Positions 1 through 13,214 of a DNA stretch of 64,000 bases are shown here, one piece after another. The notes beneath the pieces were generated by a model. The model ran no database searches. It saw only the letters and a list, made by a program, of their open reading frames with translations, and was not told the DNA's origin. The position numbers were made by a program, and so were the translations under genes. This stretch comes from Chrysomallon squamiferum. Taxonomy: Eukaryota > Animalia > Mollusca. Every line of letters begins with the position of its first letter. The first letter of the stretch is position 1. The stretch lies in assembly GCA_012295275.1 (NCBI GenBank), contig CM022667.1:806001-870000 (forward strand), read 5' to 3'.

Positions 1-444
1 TAAATGGGATTCAAGCTATTTTAATTATGAATAAATGGGATTTGAATGTGTAACTGTAGACATATTTACCTCAGAATCCATAATTATATTATCTTTATTG
101 TAATGTTGAGTATTGCTGTTAACCAAAATGACTGACTAGAATGTATATAATTACTGTTTGATATTAAATCAGAAAATTATTTTAACAGTTGTATAAAATT
201 GTTAACTAATAAGAATGTATTTTAAAAACCAGTTCCCTCATCAGTTCATTTTTCCAGTGGAGTCTGCACAGAATATATTTATGATGGTAATTACAAAACT
301 GGATATCAGTAGTTTGTTTAAATAGAATTTTAAAAATTGTTGTTTTAAATTTTTATTCAGTAATATTTAAGGAATTATATTATTTGAAAATACTTGCCTT
401 AAATAATTATTAGAAGTCCTTCTTTTGGTCCACTGTAGACTGAA

Positions 445-1450
445 TGCATTGAATTATATGTTACATTGTAGCAGTCCTTTCTAGGATCCACATCCAAGTA
501 GCTGGTCCATATTTTAATTATTTCTAGGATCCATATCAAACTGGATATCTTATGTTTTAGCTGCCCATTCTAGGATCCATATCAAAATGGATGTTTTACA
601 TCAGCACCTTTCTAGGATCCATATCAAACTGGATCTTTTATGTTTTAGCTGCCCATTCTAGGATCCATATCAAAATGGATGTTTTACATCAGCACCTTTC
701 TAGGATCCATATCAAACTGGATATTTTATATTTTAGCTGCCCATTCTAGGATCCATATCAAAATGGATGTTCAGTATCTCAGTAGACTGTTCAAAATGGA
801 TGTTCAGTATCTTAGTAGACTATTCTAAGATCCATATTACAGTGGATATTTTTTGTTGTAGCTATCCCTTCTAGGATCCACATCAAAGTGGATGTTTTAT
901 ATTACAACCATCCATTCTAGGATCCATATCCAAATGTATGTTCTATGTTTTAGCAATTGCTTCCAGGATCCATATCAAACTAGGTGTTTTATCTTTTAGC
1001 AGTGCTTTTTGGAATATTTTTCAAACTGGATGTTTTATGTTTTAGCAGTCATTTCTAGGATCCATATTGAAGTGGATGTTTTATGTTGCAGCAGTTAATT
1101 GTATAAAATGGGATATTTTATGTTTTAACAGTCTCTTCTAGAATCTGTATAAAATTGGATGCTTTATGTTTTAACTTTTTCCTCTAGAATCTGTATAAAA
1201 TTGGATGTTTTATGTTTTAACTTTTCCCTCTAGAATCTGTATAAAACTGGATGTTTTGTTTTAACAATCTCTTCTAGAATCTGTATAAAATTGGATGTTT
1301 TATGTTTTAACTTTTCCCTCTAGAATCTGTATAAAACTGGATGTTTTATGTTTTAACAGTTCCCTCTAGAATCTGTATAAAACTGGATGTTTTATGTTTT
1401 AACAGTTCCTTCTAGAATCTGTATAAAATTGAATGTTTTATGTTGTAGTT
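445..1450. repeat. Minisatellite array, ~41-48 bp unit (CTAGGATCCATATCAAACTGGATGTTTTATGTTTTAGC.. drifting to CTAGAATCTGTATAAAATTGGATG..)
   Basis: About 20 recognisable units. An 88-bp two-unit higher-order repeat starts near 521, 609 and 697. An orphan fragment of the later variant lies at ~3620-3695. Confidence 0.9.
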
Positions 1451-2580
1451 GGTATAAATGTCAGTGTTACATGTATTACGATGTTTTATATTGTGTACAA
1501 CTGGGCAATATTTATACATATTCAGCATTAAATATAGATGTAATTACGAGTATTAATATGTCTTACTATGTACAAATTTGTATTTCATATCATTTTTTCA
1601 ATGGTTTTTTTTTTTTTTTTTACATTTGATTTTAACATTTTTCATTGGATTTTATTTTTATTTCTTTACAGATTCTTTTTATAATGATTTAGTTTATATT
1701 CCTTCTCATGTTTAAACTGTCCTGGATTTTGTATCATAATTTTAATTTCTTGAGTACCTTTAGTGATCACCATAGCTAAAACTGGGCCTTGTAGATTGAA
1801 CATAAATACATAACTTCAGAAAAGTTTAAGTATTTTCTGCAGTCAAGAAATATTAGGTAAAATCATATATTGCTAACATTAAAATTGTCTGTTAACATAA
1901 AAAATAAATAAATAAGTAACTAAATAAATTAATTAAAATATAAAAATAATAAAGGTAAATAAAATAAAAATAAATAATTTAATTACAAAAATATTTTTTT
2001 TAATAATGGTAAAGAAAATTAATTAAAAAGAAAATTATTGAATATTTATAAATATCTTTATAATTCTATAAATGAAGAAGTTGCCATTTGTGTTACTTAT
2101 AAATAATGTATACATTTTGTAAAAAAAAAAAAAAAAATTAAATGAACTGATTTTACTAATATGACAATGTCTTACATTAAATACTTACATTAAATATAAC
2201 AGTGTATAACAATGTTCATGTCTTTAGAAACGTAATTGCTTTAATAACAAGTGTATTACTTACATATAACTATGTTTTAATTACTTTAAATATGACAATG
2301 TACAAAATAGTATTCTTTTCGTGACATAAAATTTAGTTGCCATAATTACCATTATGGATTCTCAACAGATTATTAAAATGCAAAATTTCAGTGTTATTTT
2401 GTACTTAAACAACCTACTGTGTAAATTTAGTCATCATTAAAATGTAGTAAAGTTGACCATCTTTTGTATCAGCACATCATTTTTCAGCACATCATCTAGT
2501 AATTTAAGATGACACCAGTTTAACTTCTGATCTTAAAAATGTTCTTAATGGTTAAGTGTTTCTCTGTCACACTCTCACAC

Positions 2581-2622
<42 letters not shown>

Positions 2623-3498
2623 TCATAAATTTAAATACATATATTATTTTTGTCTTGAGAATTTTATTTATAATTTCTAATAATTCAAGTTTTATGGCTA
2701 CAGTGTTTAGCTTTGGATACATATCCTGCCATTGAAAAGTAGATTTGGTGCAATGCCAGGTTTTAAACTCATTATAATGTATTTATATAAATGGAGAAGT
2801 TATGATTTCATATCATAACAGAAATACACACACATATTCACACACACGTACACAAAATTATAAGATCAGAAGTCAAACTGATGTTTGTCATAGAAACAAA
2901 TAGTTCTAGTCATTACTTTTCTTTAAAAAAAAGAAGATTTAAAAAGTATTACTATGCAAAAATGGCAACTGCTGAATCGAAGGCTGTTTGAACATACTAA
3001 CTAACTAAAGAAGAAACAGTTCTAGTTATGTTCTGGATCTGAGGAATAACAGCAATGCACTAATGAACTGTGCACTTTCAAATTTCTATAACTTTTTTAT
3101 TTATTTATTTATTAACACTTTACTCCATTTTGTATCACTTTTTTAAAAATACTTTTTATTTAAATTAATTTAAACTAATGGCTTTTTTTTTTTTTTATTG
3201 TGAAAGATGTATGTTTTTGACTAAATAATATTGTTTGTATAAAATAAGGTGTTGATATTTTTTATGTTTAAGTATTTTGCATGCAAAGTTTCATTTTTCA
3301 CTTTAGATGCTTAGTATATTGAAATTTGTAATAAACTGATAAAAAATATCTTGAAAAATGTTTTTATAATCTGTATATGCTGGCAGTGTTTTTACGTTCA
3401 TTTCAGAAAAGATTTTGTATTTATGATTTTTAGTAAACTTATAATTTTTAAAAGCAAACAATTTGAGGTATTCCATCTAAAGGTCACAAAAATATTTT

Positions 3499-3535
<37 letters not shown>

Positions 3536-4739
3536 TATATATATGTAAACAAAACATTTTAATATACAATTTACCTTCTGTTACATAGACTTTAAAACAT
3601 TTCTATATTCTTGGACCATTAATATGTTTTAACAATCTCTTCTAAAATCTGTTTTAACAGTTCCCGCTAGAATCTGTATAAAATTGGATGTTTTAATATT
3701 CTACGTGAAATTAAAATAAGCAGATATCTTTAATATTAAATGCCATATTAAATATATTCATTGATGTATTAAAGTCTAACTGGAATAATTCAGATACTTT
3801 ACAATATATTCAGTTTCAGCTATAATATTAAAATTACCATTACTCAACAAAATATTTAATTTGGAAGCACACTTTCACCAATTTTGAATGCAAGCTGCAG
3901 TACATCAAACCAAAGACATTATCATCTCTTTTTTTTTTTTTTTTTTTTCACCATAATAAGCAAATCTAGTTTTATTTATTTAATTACAAAGCTATTTTCT
4001 GTTATATGTATGTAACAATTGTTTTATTATAATGAAATAAAAAGGGGAGAAAAATTATATTCCGGGCAATGTTACTTAAAACAAATAAAAGAATTACGTG
4101 TCTGCTTTTTATGTCCGGTGTTGTTTTGTATATAGATCTACTTCTGTTGTATACCAATGAAGACTAAAAACATTTTATGAATGGCATGTTTTTTTTAAAA
4201 TAAAATAAGAATTTTTTAAATGTTTGCTTAACATATTATTATTATTATTATTCAAAAAATTTTTTTTTTTAAATGTATGCATAATATACATTTATTGTCA
4301 TCCTTTTAATATATTTTGACAGATGAAATAGAAAAATAAATGAATTACTGAAGTTTTAATTGATTTTTAACTACATTTCAAATCAAACTCATCATGTTCT
4401 GAGAATCAATAGATACTGACTGTTCAATGTGAAAAAATACATAAATAACTTTAAGGCTATCAGAAAACTTTTAATTTATTAATTTTATTATTAGATTCAC
4501 ATGGTTTTAATCTCATATTATTATTTGACCACTAACATAGGTAAAAATGTTTTTCTATTTTAACATTTTGGTACAAATTATGATGCTTTCACATTTTGAA
4601 ATGAGTAATTATTTTTATGCTTTTATGTTCAATAAAAATTTAAGCATATTACAGAGTTTTTTTTGTATTTGTTTTTAAATATGTCAAAGGTTACTCTTCC
4701 CATTACAAAATATAATATGCTGCTGTTTTATCCATCTCT

Positions 4740-4772
<33 letters not shown>

Positions 4773-5214
4773 ATTGATATTCTGTATACAGGGATTTTTT
4801 TTATTTTAATCATTTTCAAATTGAATAAAGCAGGCAAGAAGCAATTTAAAATGGATAAAATGGATTTCTTTTATCAAGAGTATTACACAGACAAGTATTG
4901 GTTAATGTCAAAAATAAAACAGTAACTCATTAATATTAATTTCTCATTAATTTTGTAATGCCTATACCGTAGAAAGTCAACTTTAAAATAGAAAATTTAA
5001 AAAGGAAAAAAAAAGAAGAAAAAATTACCTTTTGTATATAACATGACGATAACAGAAGACAATTTTATTTTTTTAAAGTTCTTGCTTAATTCAAAAAACA
5101 GATAATCAATTTTTTACAAATAAAATAAAATAAAATAAAATAAAATAAATAAAAGAAGACAAATGCATTAGATTTTTTTTAAACAGTTTATATTTTTATT
5201 TCACACGAAACAAA

Positions 5215-8200
5215 TTATTTTCTTTTGGTTCCTTTCTTGCTCACTTCATTTGGGTTCCTTTTGTTCCAGTAACAAAATCCTTTGTTGCCATGGATACCAA
5301 GCATGGCAGATCTGCTTGTGACATCATTATGAGCAAAAGGTGACGACCCAGCGATGAAATCTGGGTCAAGTGCATTCATTTTCTGTTTATTCTTTCTTGA
5401 AAGTCTCTGCTGAGGCATAGGCTGATCTTCCACAAGAACTGGGTTTATGGCGTGCTTACCTCCCTTTGGCATTGGCAGAGAGTACTGTAATAGGCATAAA
5501 ATAAATAAAATAATAATAAAATACAGTAATAAATAATATCTAAGAAATGAATTAGGTACACAGTGAAATATATCTGAATTAAAAAACTTATAATTTGTAT
5601 TAGTTATCTTGACTTTTTTTTTTTTTCTTTTAAATCAAATAGCTAAATTTCTTTTCAAAAAGATGTTATAATTTTGTTAAATTATGCCTTGTTTATCTGA
5701 ATATTAGTTTAAGTAAAGAAGAGTTATGGAAAAGTAAATATATTTAGATTTTTGCTAATACAGACGTTATTATAAGATTAATAAATTAGTTTAAAAAGTA
5801 TAATAATTAACATAAAAATAGTTAAAAGTTAAATTATACAAGTTGAAACAAATAGGCATATTCAAACAAACATTTAACAGTTTGTTAAACCAAGACATGT
5901 ATAAATATGCTGATGTTATGGATACACTTTTTTTTTTTTTTCATATATATAGCAGTTTAAAAATGATTATGATGATGATGACAATGATAATAATAATTAT
6001 AATGACAACAGTAATGTAATGCAATGCAATACAATATAATAAAATAACATAACAATATTAATAAATAATAAAAATAATAAACAGGTTAAACATTATAAAC
6101 ATAATAATAAGTATAATAACAAAATAATTTATTAAAAAGATCAAAATTAAATCCAAGAAAAATAAAATCACTCTTTTAAAATGAACTACCTTTTTGCCTC
6201 TAGTTGAAATTGGTCGTCTGGTAGATATGAAGTATCTGACAGTTCCATCATCATCAAGTGTCATAGAGATTCTCTTCAGAGTCTTGTTACCACAGTGAGG
6301 ACAGAATTTCTTAGACGTGTTGTTAGTTATTCTGAAAACAGTACACATGTTAGCACCATTAAACAATTAAATATTGCATAAAAAAAGTTTTATAGTTTGA
6401 ATCTTTATAACACAGTTAGATATAGTTTATTTTTATTTTTTTTATTTTTGTCATTTTATCAGAAGATGGTGGGTTAAAAAGGCTGCTCATTATTACAGGG
6501 TATTTATTACACTTTGTTACCTTAAAGTTTATTTTGAAAATAATTTTTGACATTTCAGAAAGGTGGATAAACTGCTAATTTTAAAAATAATTTTGGAAAT
6601 GTTTTGCAAGGTATAAATAGAACAATTTAATTAATTATTCTAAAAACTGGTATTAAAATAACTGTACATGCTATCAAGATAAGGATAGTTTCAATATATG
6701 TATTTATAATTCTTAAATTTAAGTATTAATATTTAAGAATAAACACAAGTTTTAATTATATTAATATTTTTGTAACACGGAGGTTAAAATTTTGTATTAG
6801 CTCTAAATTAATTTAAGACAACTTACTTGAAACAAGCATAACATCGAAGAACATAACTCTTGGCTTTCTTAATCAACATTCCATCCACAGAAATTACATT
6901 CAGTCCCATCTGTATCAACACATTCTGTAAATAAAATATAAAAATAAATTTTTCCTCAGAGTTCCAAACAATCAAGATCAACTTACAGTTATTTAAAGAT
7001 AATAAACAAATTTAAAAAATATAAAAATGGAACAGTTTAACACTCAAGTAGTTTTTCAGTTTTTTTTTTTCTTATGACAAAGTATTGAAAAGATAATGCT
7101 GATAATGGCCAGAAATATGAATTAGAATCACTGAGCATAATTAAATTTATTTAACTTTTTACTGATGTATTAAAATGGAAATATATTATTAAACACAAAT
7201 AAAAAGACATCTTCCCTCAAAAAAAAAGAAAAAAGAAAAAAAGAAAAAGAAATATATTAGAAAATAAGAGAGAGAGATAAAAAGATGGATGATAGAAGCT
7301 TTCTACTTAGACAGAATTAAAAATAAAATGTACTGTTTCACTGAATTTTACCTGCATTGCAAAATCAGTGGTCAAGCAACCAACAGTTACATCAGCTATC
7401 TGAACATCATGGACACCCATGCTCTTTTTAAGTTCCGCAATATTACTAGGAGTTATCCAGCCATCATCATCCTCTTCCTCTTCCTCTTCATCATCATCAT
7501 CATCCTCATCCTCGGAATCATCTCCTTCTTCTATTCGATTGCTGGGCAACACCTCTCCTTCTCTGCACACTGCACTGTTATCTTTACAACTCTCCTCTGT
7601 CTCTGAATCTTTGACTTCAATGTGAACTGATCTCATCTGCGATTCCATTGTCTGTTCATCCTTACTGTCTGTTGTTTCTGAGGATTCAGCATCTTCATTT
7701 TTTGACGATAATGTCTCTGAAACGAAGAGCAGCACTTTTACCACTGAAAAAATTTCTCATAGCAATCTTATTTGTTGTCTGGCCACACCAATAAGACTGT
7801 CACAGAAATTTTAATTCAGGAAAAAAACTTTATGACAAAATTATGAGTAATTTTCAATATTCTGTTGCAGTTCGAAGACAGTAACATCAAATAAAAATGA
7901 CAATGACACTATTTCTTTTTCGGACATTTAAAATTCTTTTATTTTTTTATTTTTTTTTTAGCCTTGATAATTTGCTTACTTCTAAGATGAGTAATAATAA
8001 AGTAAAAAAGTATTTTTCCTATCATATATAATATATTAAATAATATACTGTAGTGACCTACCTGTGGAAGGATCAGATTTGTAATCTTCATTGTTACTTT
8101 GTTTCTCAGTATCTTGAAGTCTGGTGTCTGGTGATTCTTCTGTATTATTACAACTTTCTGATGTTGTTCTTGAACTGGAGGGCTTCTGAAATTAAATTTA

Positions 8201-10736
8201 TTTATTTACTTTTTTTTTCTTCTTCTAATTATATTAAAATAAAGTATTAATATACAGAAATTTAATATGTACTTGAACTGCAAGATAGAGAAAAGTAGAT
8301 GAAAAAAAATCCTTTTAAATGATAAAGTGGCATTTTTACTGTGCTTTCTATATTTGAAAAATTGAAATTAAATATTGTTGCTCTTTACAATTAAATGACT
8401 ACCTTAATTTTACATAATTTTTTCTGTTTTTATTACATATATGTATTATTTCATGACGTCATCATCTCTTATCTTAGAAATAACACTAAGATGCCTTTTG
8501 GTGTTAAATTATTTAAAAACACTAATAACAAATCCAGTCAGTTTTTACCTTTGGAGCAAAATAAAAGCCAGCTATATCAGTAGGTTTGTCCAAAAGCCGA
8601 GTAGCCACATTCCATTCAGTCTAGAAGAGAAAATTATTAACTAAAACATTAAAACAGAACAATTTTCCACATTAATAATAATTTACTGCAAATCTCAAAG
8701 GCATCGTTTTTAAGGGTCACATTCCATTCAGTCTAGAAGAGAAAATTATTAACTTTCAAACAAACAGAACAATTTGCCACATTAATAATAATTTACTGCA
8801 AATCCCAGAGGCATCGTTTTTAAGGGTCACATTCCATTCAGTCTAGAAGAGAAAATTATTAACTAAAACATTAAAACAGAACAATTTCCCACAGTAATAA
8901 TAATTTACTGCAAATCACTACTTCCCAGAGGCATCGTTTTTAAGGGCAGTAAAAAGGTACTGATTTGCAACTGCTCCAGTAATTTGTAGTCAGTGTTTAT
9001 TTTGTAAATCAAAATCCTTCACTGTGTTATGGAAATGGCGAAATGGAATTAGGGGAATTGGAAATGAAGATAAAGAGTGGCAGTCCAAAAATGTTCTGGA
9101 ACTATTGCTTAACTTCTATTTCAGAAACATGATAAAATGTTTTGAATTCTAATTATTTTAACTGCAGTATAATTTATTTAATGAGTTATGAACAATTATT
9201 AATAATTATACTAAAATATGAAAATTCCAACCGTTACCATATATTTTTACATTTTGAAATTAAAGATAATAATCAGGAATAAAACTGACCGTCCAATCCA
9301 CATTTGATAAACTCACCATCATTAACCGATAACAGAAGTCTTCATGTTTTATAAACTAATCCTTAACCCTTTTGCTTTTAAAATTTAATAACCGAATACT
9401 TAATTTGTCACTTTTCTCTGTGAGTGAGTATTTAATATATAATATTTATATCAGGTTTTCCTATATTTTGATCTATATAAAGTTGGAAAAATACCTATTT
9501 CTATGACCCTACTCACACTTAATTGTCTACTTTATTATTAACAAAGGTTGATAGTTTAGTTTACAAGTAAAACCATAATTTGGAAATATGTAAAATGCAT
9601 TTAGTATGAAACACTCACAATTATCACCAAAGATTCACTTTAAAAATACGTGACTCAAGAACTGATAATATAAAACATCTGACTCACCTTTCTCTCTGGT
9701 ACTGTCTTGATGTGATCAGTTCCAACATGTTCTTTCTCTAACTGATATGCCAAAGCGAGTACTTTAATATCAGTAGCTGACAAACTAGGATAATCCCCAG
9801 TTTTCTTTGAAAATTCTGTCACTAACAAAACAAAACAATAAACAAACATAATATATATACAGTATACCCTCACCTATTCGCGGTTCCCCATTCATATATT
9901 GTGGTTAGGCTCTTAACCCTATGTCTTGTATGCTGGTATACCAGGCTATCATAACGTCATAAAAACAAATGCTCAGTAAACCGCACAAACAATATCAAAT
10001 TTTTTCATTTATTATTGCAATACAGTACGTATTTTTTTTATAAATGCATACACTGTATATACAGTGCATATTTTTTGTGACCGTGTATTAATAATGTTTT
10101 TAATTGCATATTATTACCTGAACTGTCCTGAGTACTGTATTTATCTGTCTGTTTTGAAAATTTGTTCCACTTTCTGTCAATTCTAAACATATGTTAATGA
10201 TAGAAAATGACTTTAATAAACTGTAAACTATGCTATGCGGTGTTACTGTCCTCATATATATTTCTTTCTGATTAAAATATTGTTTCAGTACAAAATTAAA
10301 ATGTGTTTACATTATCATTACTACATTAGTGAAATACATAACTGCATGCAATATTACTACATTATTACTGTATTAATGAGTAAGAGTGTCTTTAGAAAAT
10401 GTTTGGAAGCACATGGTATATAATTCATAAAACGTTTTAAAACTGCATCCAATATGACTGTTTTTCACTAGAGACATGAAATAAAAGAACGTAAGATGTA
10501 TGAATGTTTGTGGGAATATGTATATATAATTATATATATAAATATGAACACATGCACATACACATATGCCAATATAAATACACACACTGACATACACACA
10601 AACAGATACATGTACATTTACATTTTGGAATGCCTAACATAACAAGTAATCATGGAAGACATGGCATAATTCAAAAACTAATTAAACAAAGATGACTGAA
10701 GAGACATGAAAAGATACACACATGTATGTATATAGT

Positions 10737-10803
<67 letters not shown>

Positions 10804-11567
10804 TATATATAATCACAAATGAGAAAAGTTAATTTTTTTAAATTAGTAGAAGCCTTCCCCCGTTTTTATAGTATATAACAAAGAGAAAAAAGAAACCACA
10901 TAAATTATATGTATACAATAAGAAAATAACTTCTTACAAAAACAAGTTCCTTTAAAATAAAATTACTAATAAATATTGAAGATTTACATTAAATGTTAAA
11001 AGATATATTTGACATATACCTAATCTTATGGACTCATGTGAAGGTTCTCTGAATTCTAGCTGATACGGTAAAACCTGTAGACGCTGACGTGTATTTTTAT
11101 CTCTAATTTCTCTCACAACTTCTTGAAGAGTGTAAATCTTGTCACCAATTTCCTGTTAGATTAGAAAGTTGATGTTAATTATGTCTTATATTCATCGTTT
11201 ATCCTTTCTTGTTACTTTTAAAAATGAACATTTAATTAACCAGAATAGTTTATTGTTAAATCTGCTGCTAAAGTAGTAAAGGCTAAAAATGTCAAGTTTC
11301 ACATTCAACATATCAATGTCACGAAAGTGACTGAATGAGTGATTTATGAAATTTTATCACTTTTATTTTCAATGTTCCATAAATCTGAATTCTACACATC
11401 GATATCATTCATAATTACTTATAATGTCCAAAAAAGTACAGATAATTATAACTCAGATTTTAGAAAAAATAAAATTAGTGATTCATATAATTTACTCTTA
11501 GCGGTGCATTTCGAATAAATGCACCAGAATCAGCCACAACGTGTTTCACTTTACTGGACGTCGCCAT
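5215..11567 (-). CDS. NOB1: RNA-binding protein NOB1 (18S rRNA D-site PIN endonuclease), 9 exons, ~469 aa
   Basis: Hand-spliced GT-AG exons in transcript order: 11567-11496, 11152-11020, 9821-9688, 8620-8549, 8185-8062, 7716-7352, 6924-6827, 6331-6190, 5484-5215. Phases are consistent (1410 nt). Motifs: HVVADSGAFIR, EVVREIRD, FSKKTGDYPSLSATDIKVLALAY (PIN domain); acidic tract then GWITPSN; CLTTDFAMQNVL; zinc ribbon CYACF..CPHCGN; YSLPMPKGGKHA; PDFIAGSSPF. Confidence 0.97.
8606..8950. repeat. ~110-bp tandem repeat (about 3 copies) that includes the NOB1 exon 4 acceptor and first 15 nt of the exon
   Basis: CACATTCCATTCAGTCTAGAAGAGAAAATTATTAAC recurs at ~8606, ~8718 and ~8828 (spacings 112 and 110 bp). 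Confidence 0.92.
9858..10140. mobile_element. Possible degraded Tigger/pogo-type DNA transposon remnant
   Basis: TA-CAGTATACCCTCACCTATTCGCGGTTCC start resembles Tigger-family TIRs (from memory). TACTGTA at ~10133 could be the other end, but the right TIR is not convincingly matched. Confidence 0.3.
10741..10800. repeat. (GA)n microsatellite, representative of many simple repeats
   Basis: Pure GA tract. Other GA, CT, CA, TA, ATT or T tracts lie at e.g. 2580, 13133-13210, 26014-26059, 27020, 39590-39685, 49485-49660, 61543-61624 and 63946-64000. Confidence 0.95.
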
Positions 11568-11822
11568 GTTTATATCACGTGATTTAATAATTGGTGCAAA
11601 AGGTATAACATCCTATACTGACTTCAGTTGTAAGGTTTTGTCCGTCCTTCATCTTTTATCTGGTCCGAATAGCATGCCGCATCATATGTTTGATTTTTGT
11701 TTTTATATGTCAAAATATATTAAGAAAAATTATAATAGTGAAAAAGGTATATAGTGCATTCATTTAAGAAAACTTTTAATTTTATAATGATGATAATGAT
11801 GGTGATGATGATGATGATGATG

Positions 11823-11862
<40 letters not shown>

Positions 11863-12690
11863 TAAAAGCATTAAAATATTTTGGTTTGTATTAATTCATA
11901 CTAGTTTTCTTTCTTATTCTTTATTTTGTTATTATCATTTTGTCACTCTGGCAAACGTACAGCTTGATGTACACAATTTCCAACAATCTATAATAATTAA
12001 TCCATTAAGATCCCTAAATTAGTTTTAAAATGTAATAAATAAAATGTTCTTTCATAGCATTTCGTAGAGTCAGTATATTGTTGGAATGCAGTGTTCTCTG
12101 TGCATAATATTAATAATAAATAAAAATAACAAAAGAACGCACACACACACAAACAAAACTGAACAAATATTTTTACATTATTGTCAGAGCGTTAATAATA
12201 TAAACGTTTATTTTTTTTGTTGTTGTTGTTTTTTTTTTTTTAAACTTGCTCGTTTTGTACCATTTGATTACATGCTAAAGAAGCATAAATGACTTTTTCT
12301 GTAATTATTAAAACTACAGGTAGACGTATTTTGAAACAATAAACATAATAATAATAATTAATACAAAACAACTAAGGTCCCTTTTGGTTGTTAGTGGTTT
12401 TATACCTATTTCTTATTAAATCAGTATTCTTTATTTTTTGATATACAGTGTATTTTTGATTTTCCTACTCTTAAAATAAATGTTAAAGTAGCAGAATTTT
12501 ATAAAATTTTATTATTTTAAATTTATTTTCACATCTCGTTTTTGTTATCAATAAAAAAAAAAAAAAAATACGTGCGAGATCGGACTCTTGACGTCAGGCG
12601 TCACATGACCAGTGATGGTGGTCAACACAGATCATTTGGATAAGGTGTATCGTTATTTTACGCTTGGAATATAATTTGTTTGAAAGGTAG
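11568..12690. promoter_or_regulatory. Divergent (bidirectional) promoter region between NOB1 and the WWP-like gene
   Basis: Local CpG enrichment at both ends. Palindromic E-box ATCACGTGAT at 11574-11583, just upstream of the NOB1 ATG. CRE TGACGTCA at 12589-12596 followed by GTCACATGAC at 12600-12609. Candidate donor of a non-coding first exon, AAG|GTAGTC, at 12687. Confidence 0.6.
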
Positions 12691-13132
12691 TCATATTATT
12701 AATCGCTTTATGCTGACTTGGTGTATTTATGTAGTGTATTTGCTAATCAGAAGTGTCACAATGTTAGAATAAATCAAGAAACTTGATGGATTCTGTAATG
12801 CATCTTGACAAATATTTTCCGAATATTTTGTTGCGAAAAATCAAGTTTACTTGACAAACCATCTATATTTGTGTCGTTTCATTCACTTTGACAGGCACAT
12901 TAATTTCACAACACCAGTTTATAATGATTTCTTAGTTTTGTATCGCATGAACAACAATGATGTCATTGTGATTATATTATAATGTTTATGATTACATAAG
13001 TATTTCCTCTCGCCCTGACTAAAACTGTCAGTATTACGAAGTACATGTTTGTTGCCGTGTTGTTGACATATTAATTACAATTAGTAGATGTGTATGATCT
13101 AGTTGATAATCTAGAATAATACATATATATAT

Positions 13133-13214
<82 letters not shown>

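Noticed and set aside
445-1450. Regularly spaced repeats suggestive of a CRISPR array
   Set aside because: The context is eukaryotic, the units are tandem with no unique spacers, and there are no cas genes.
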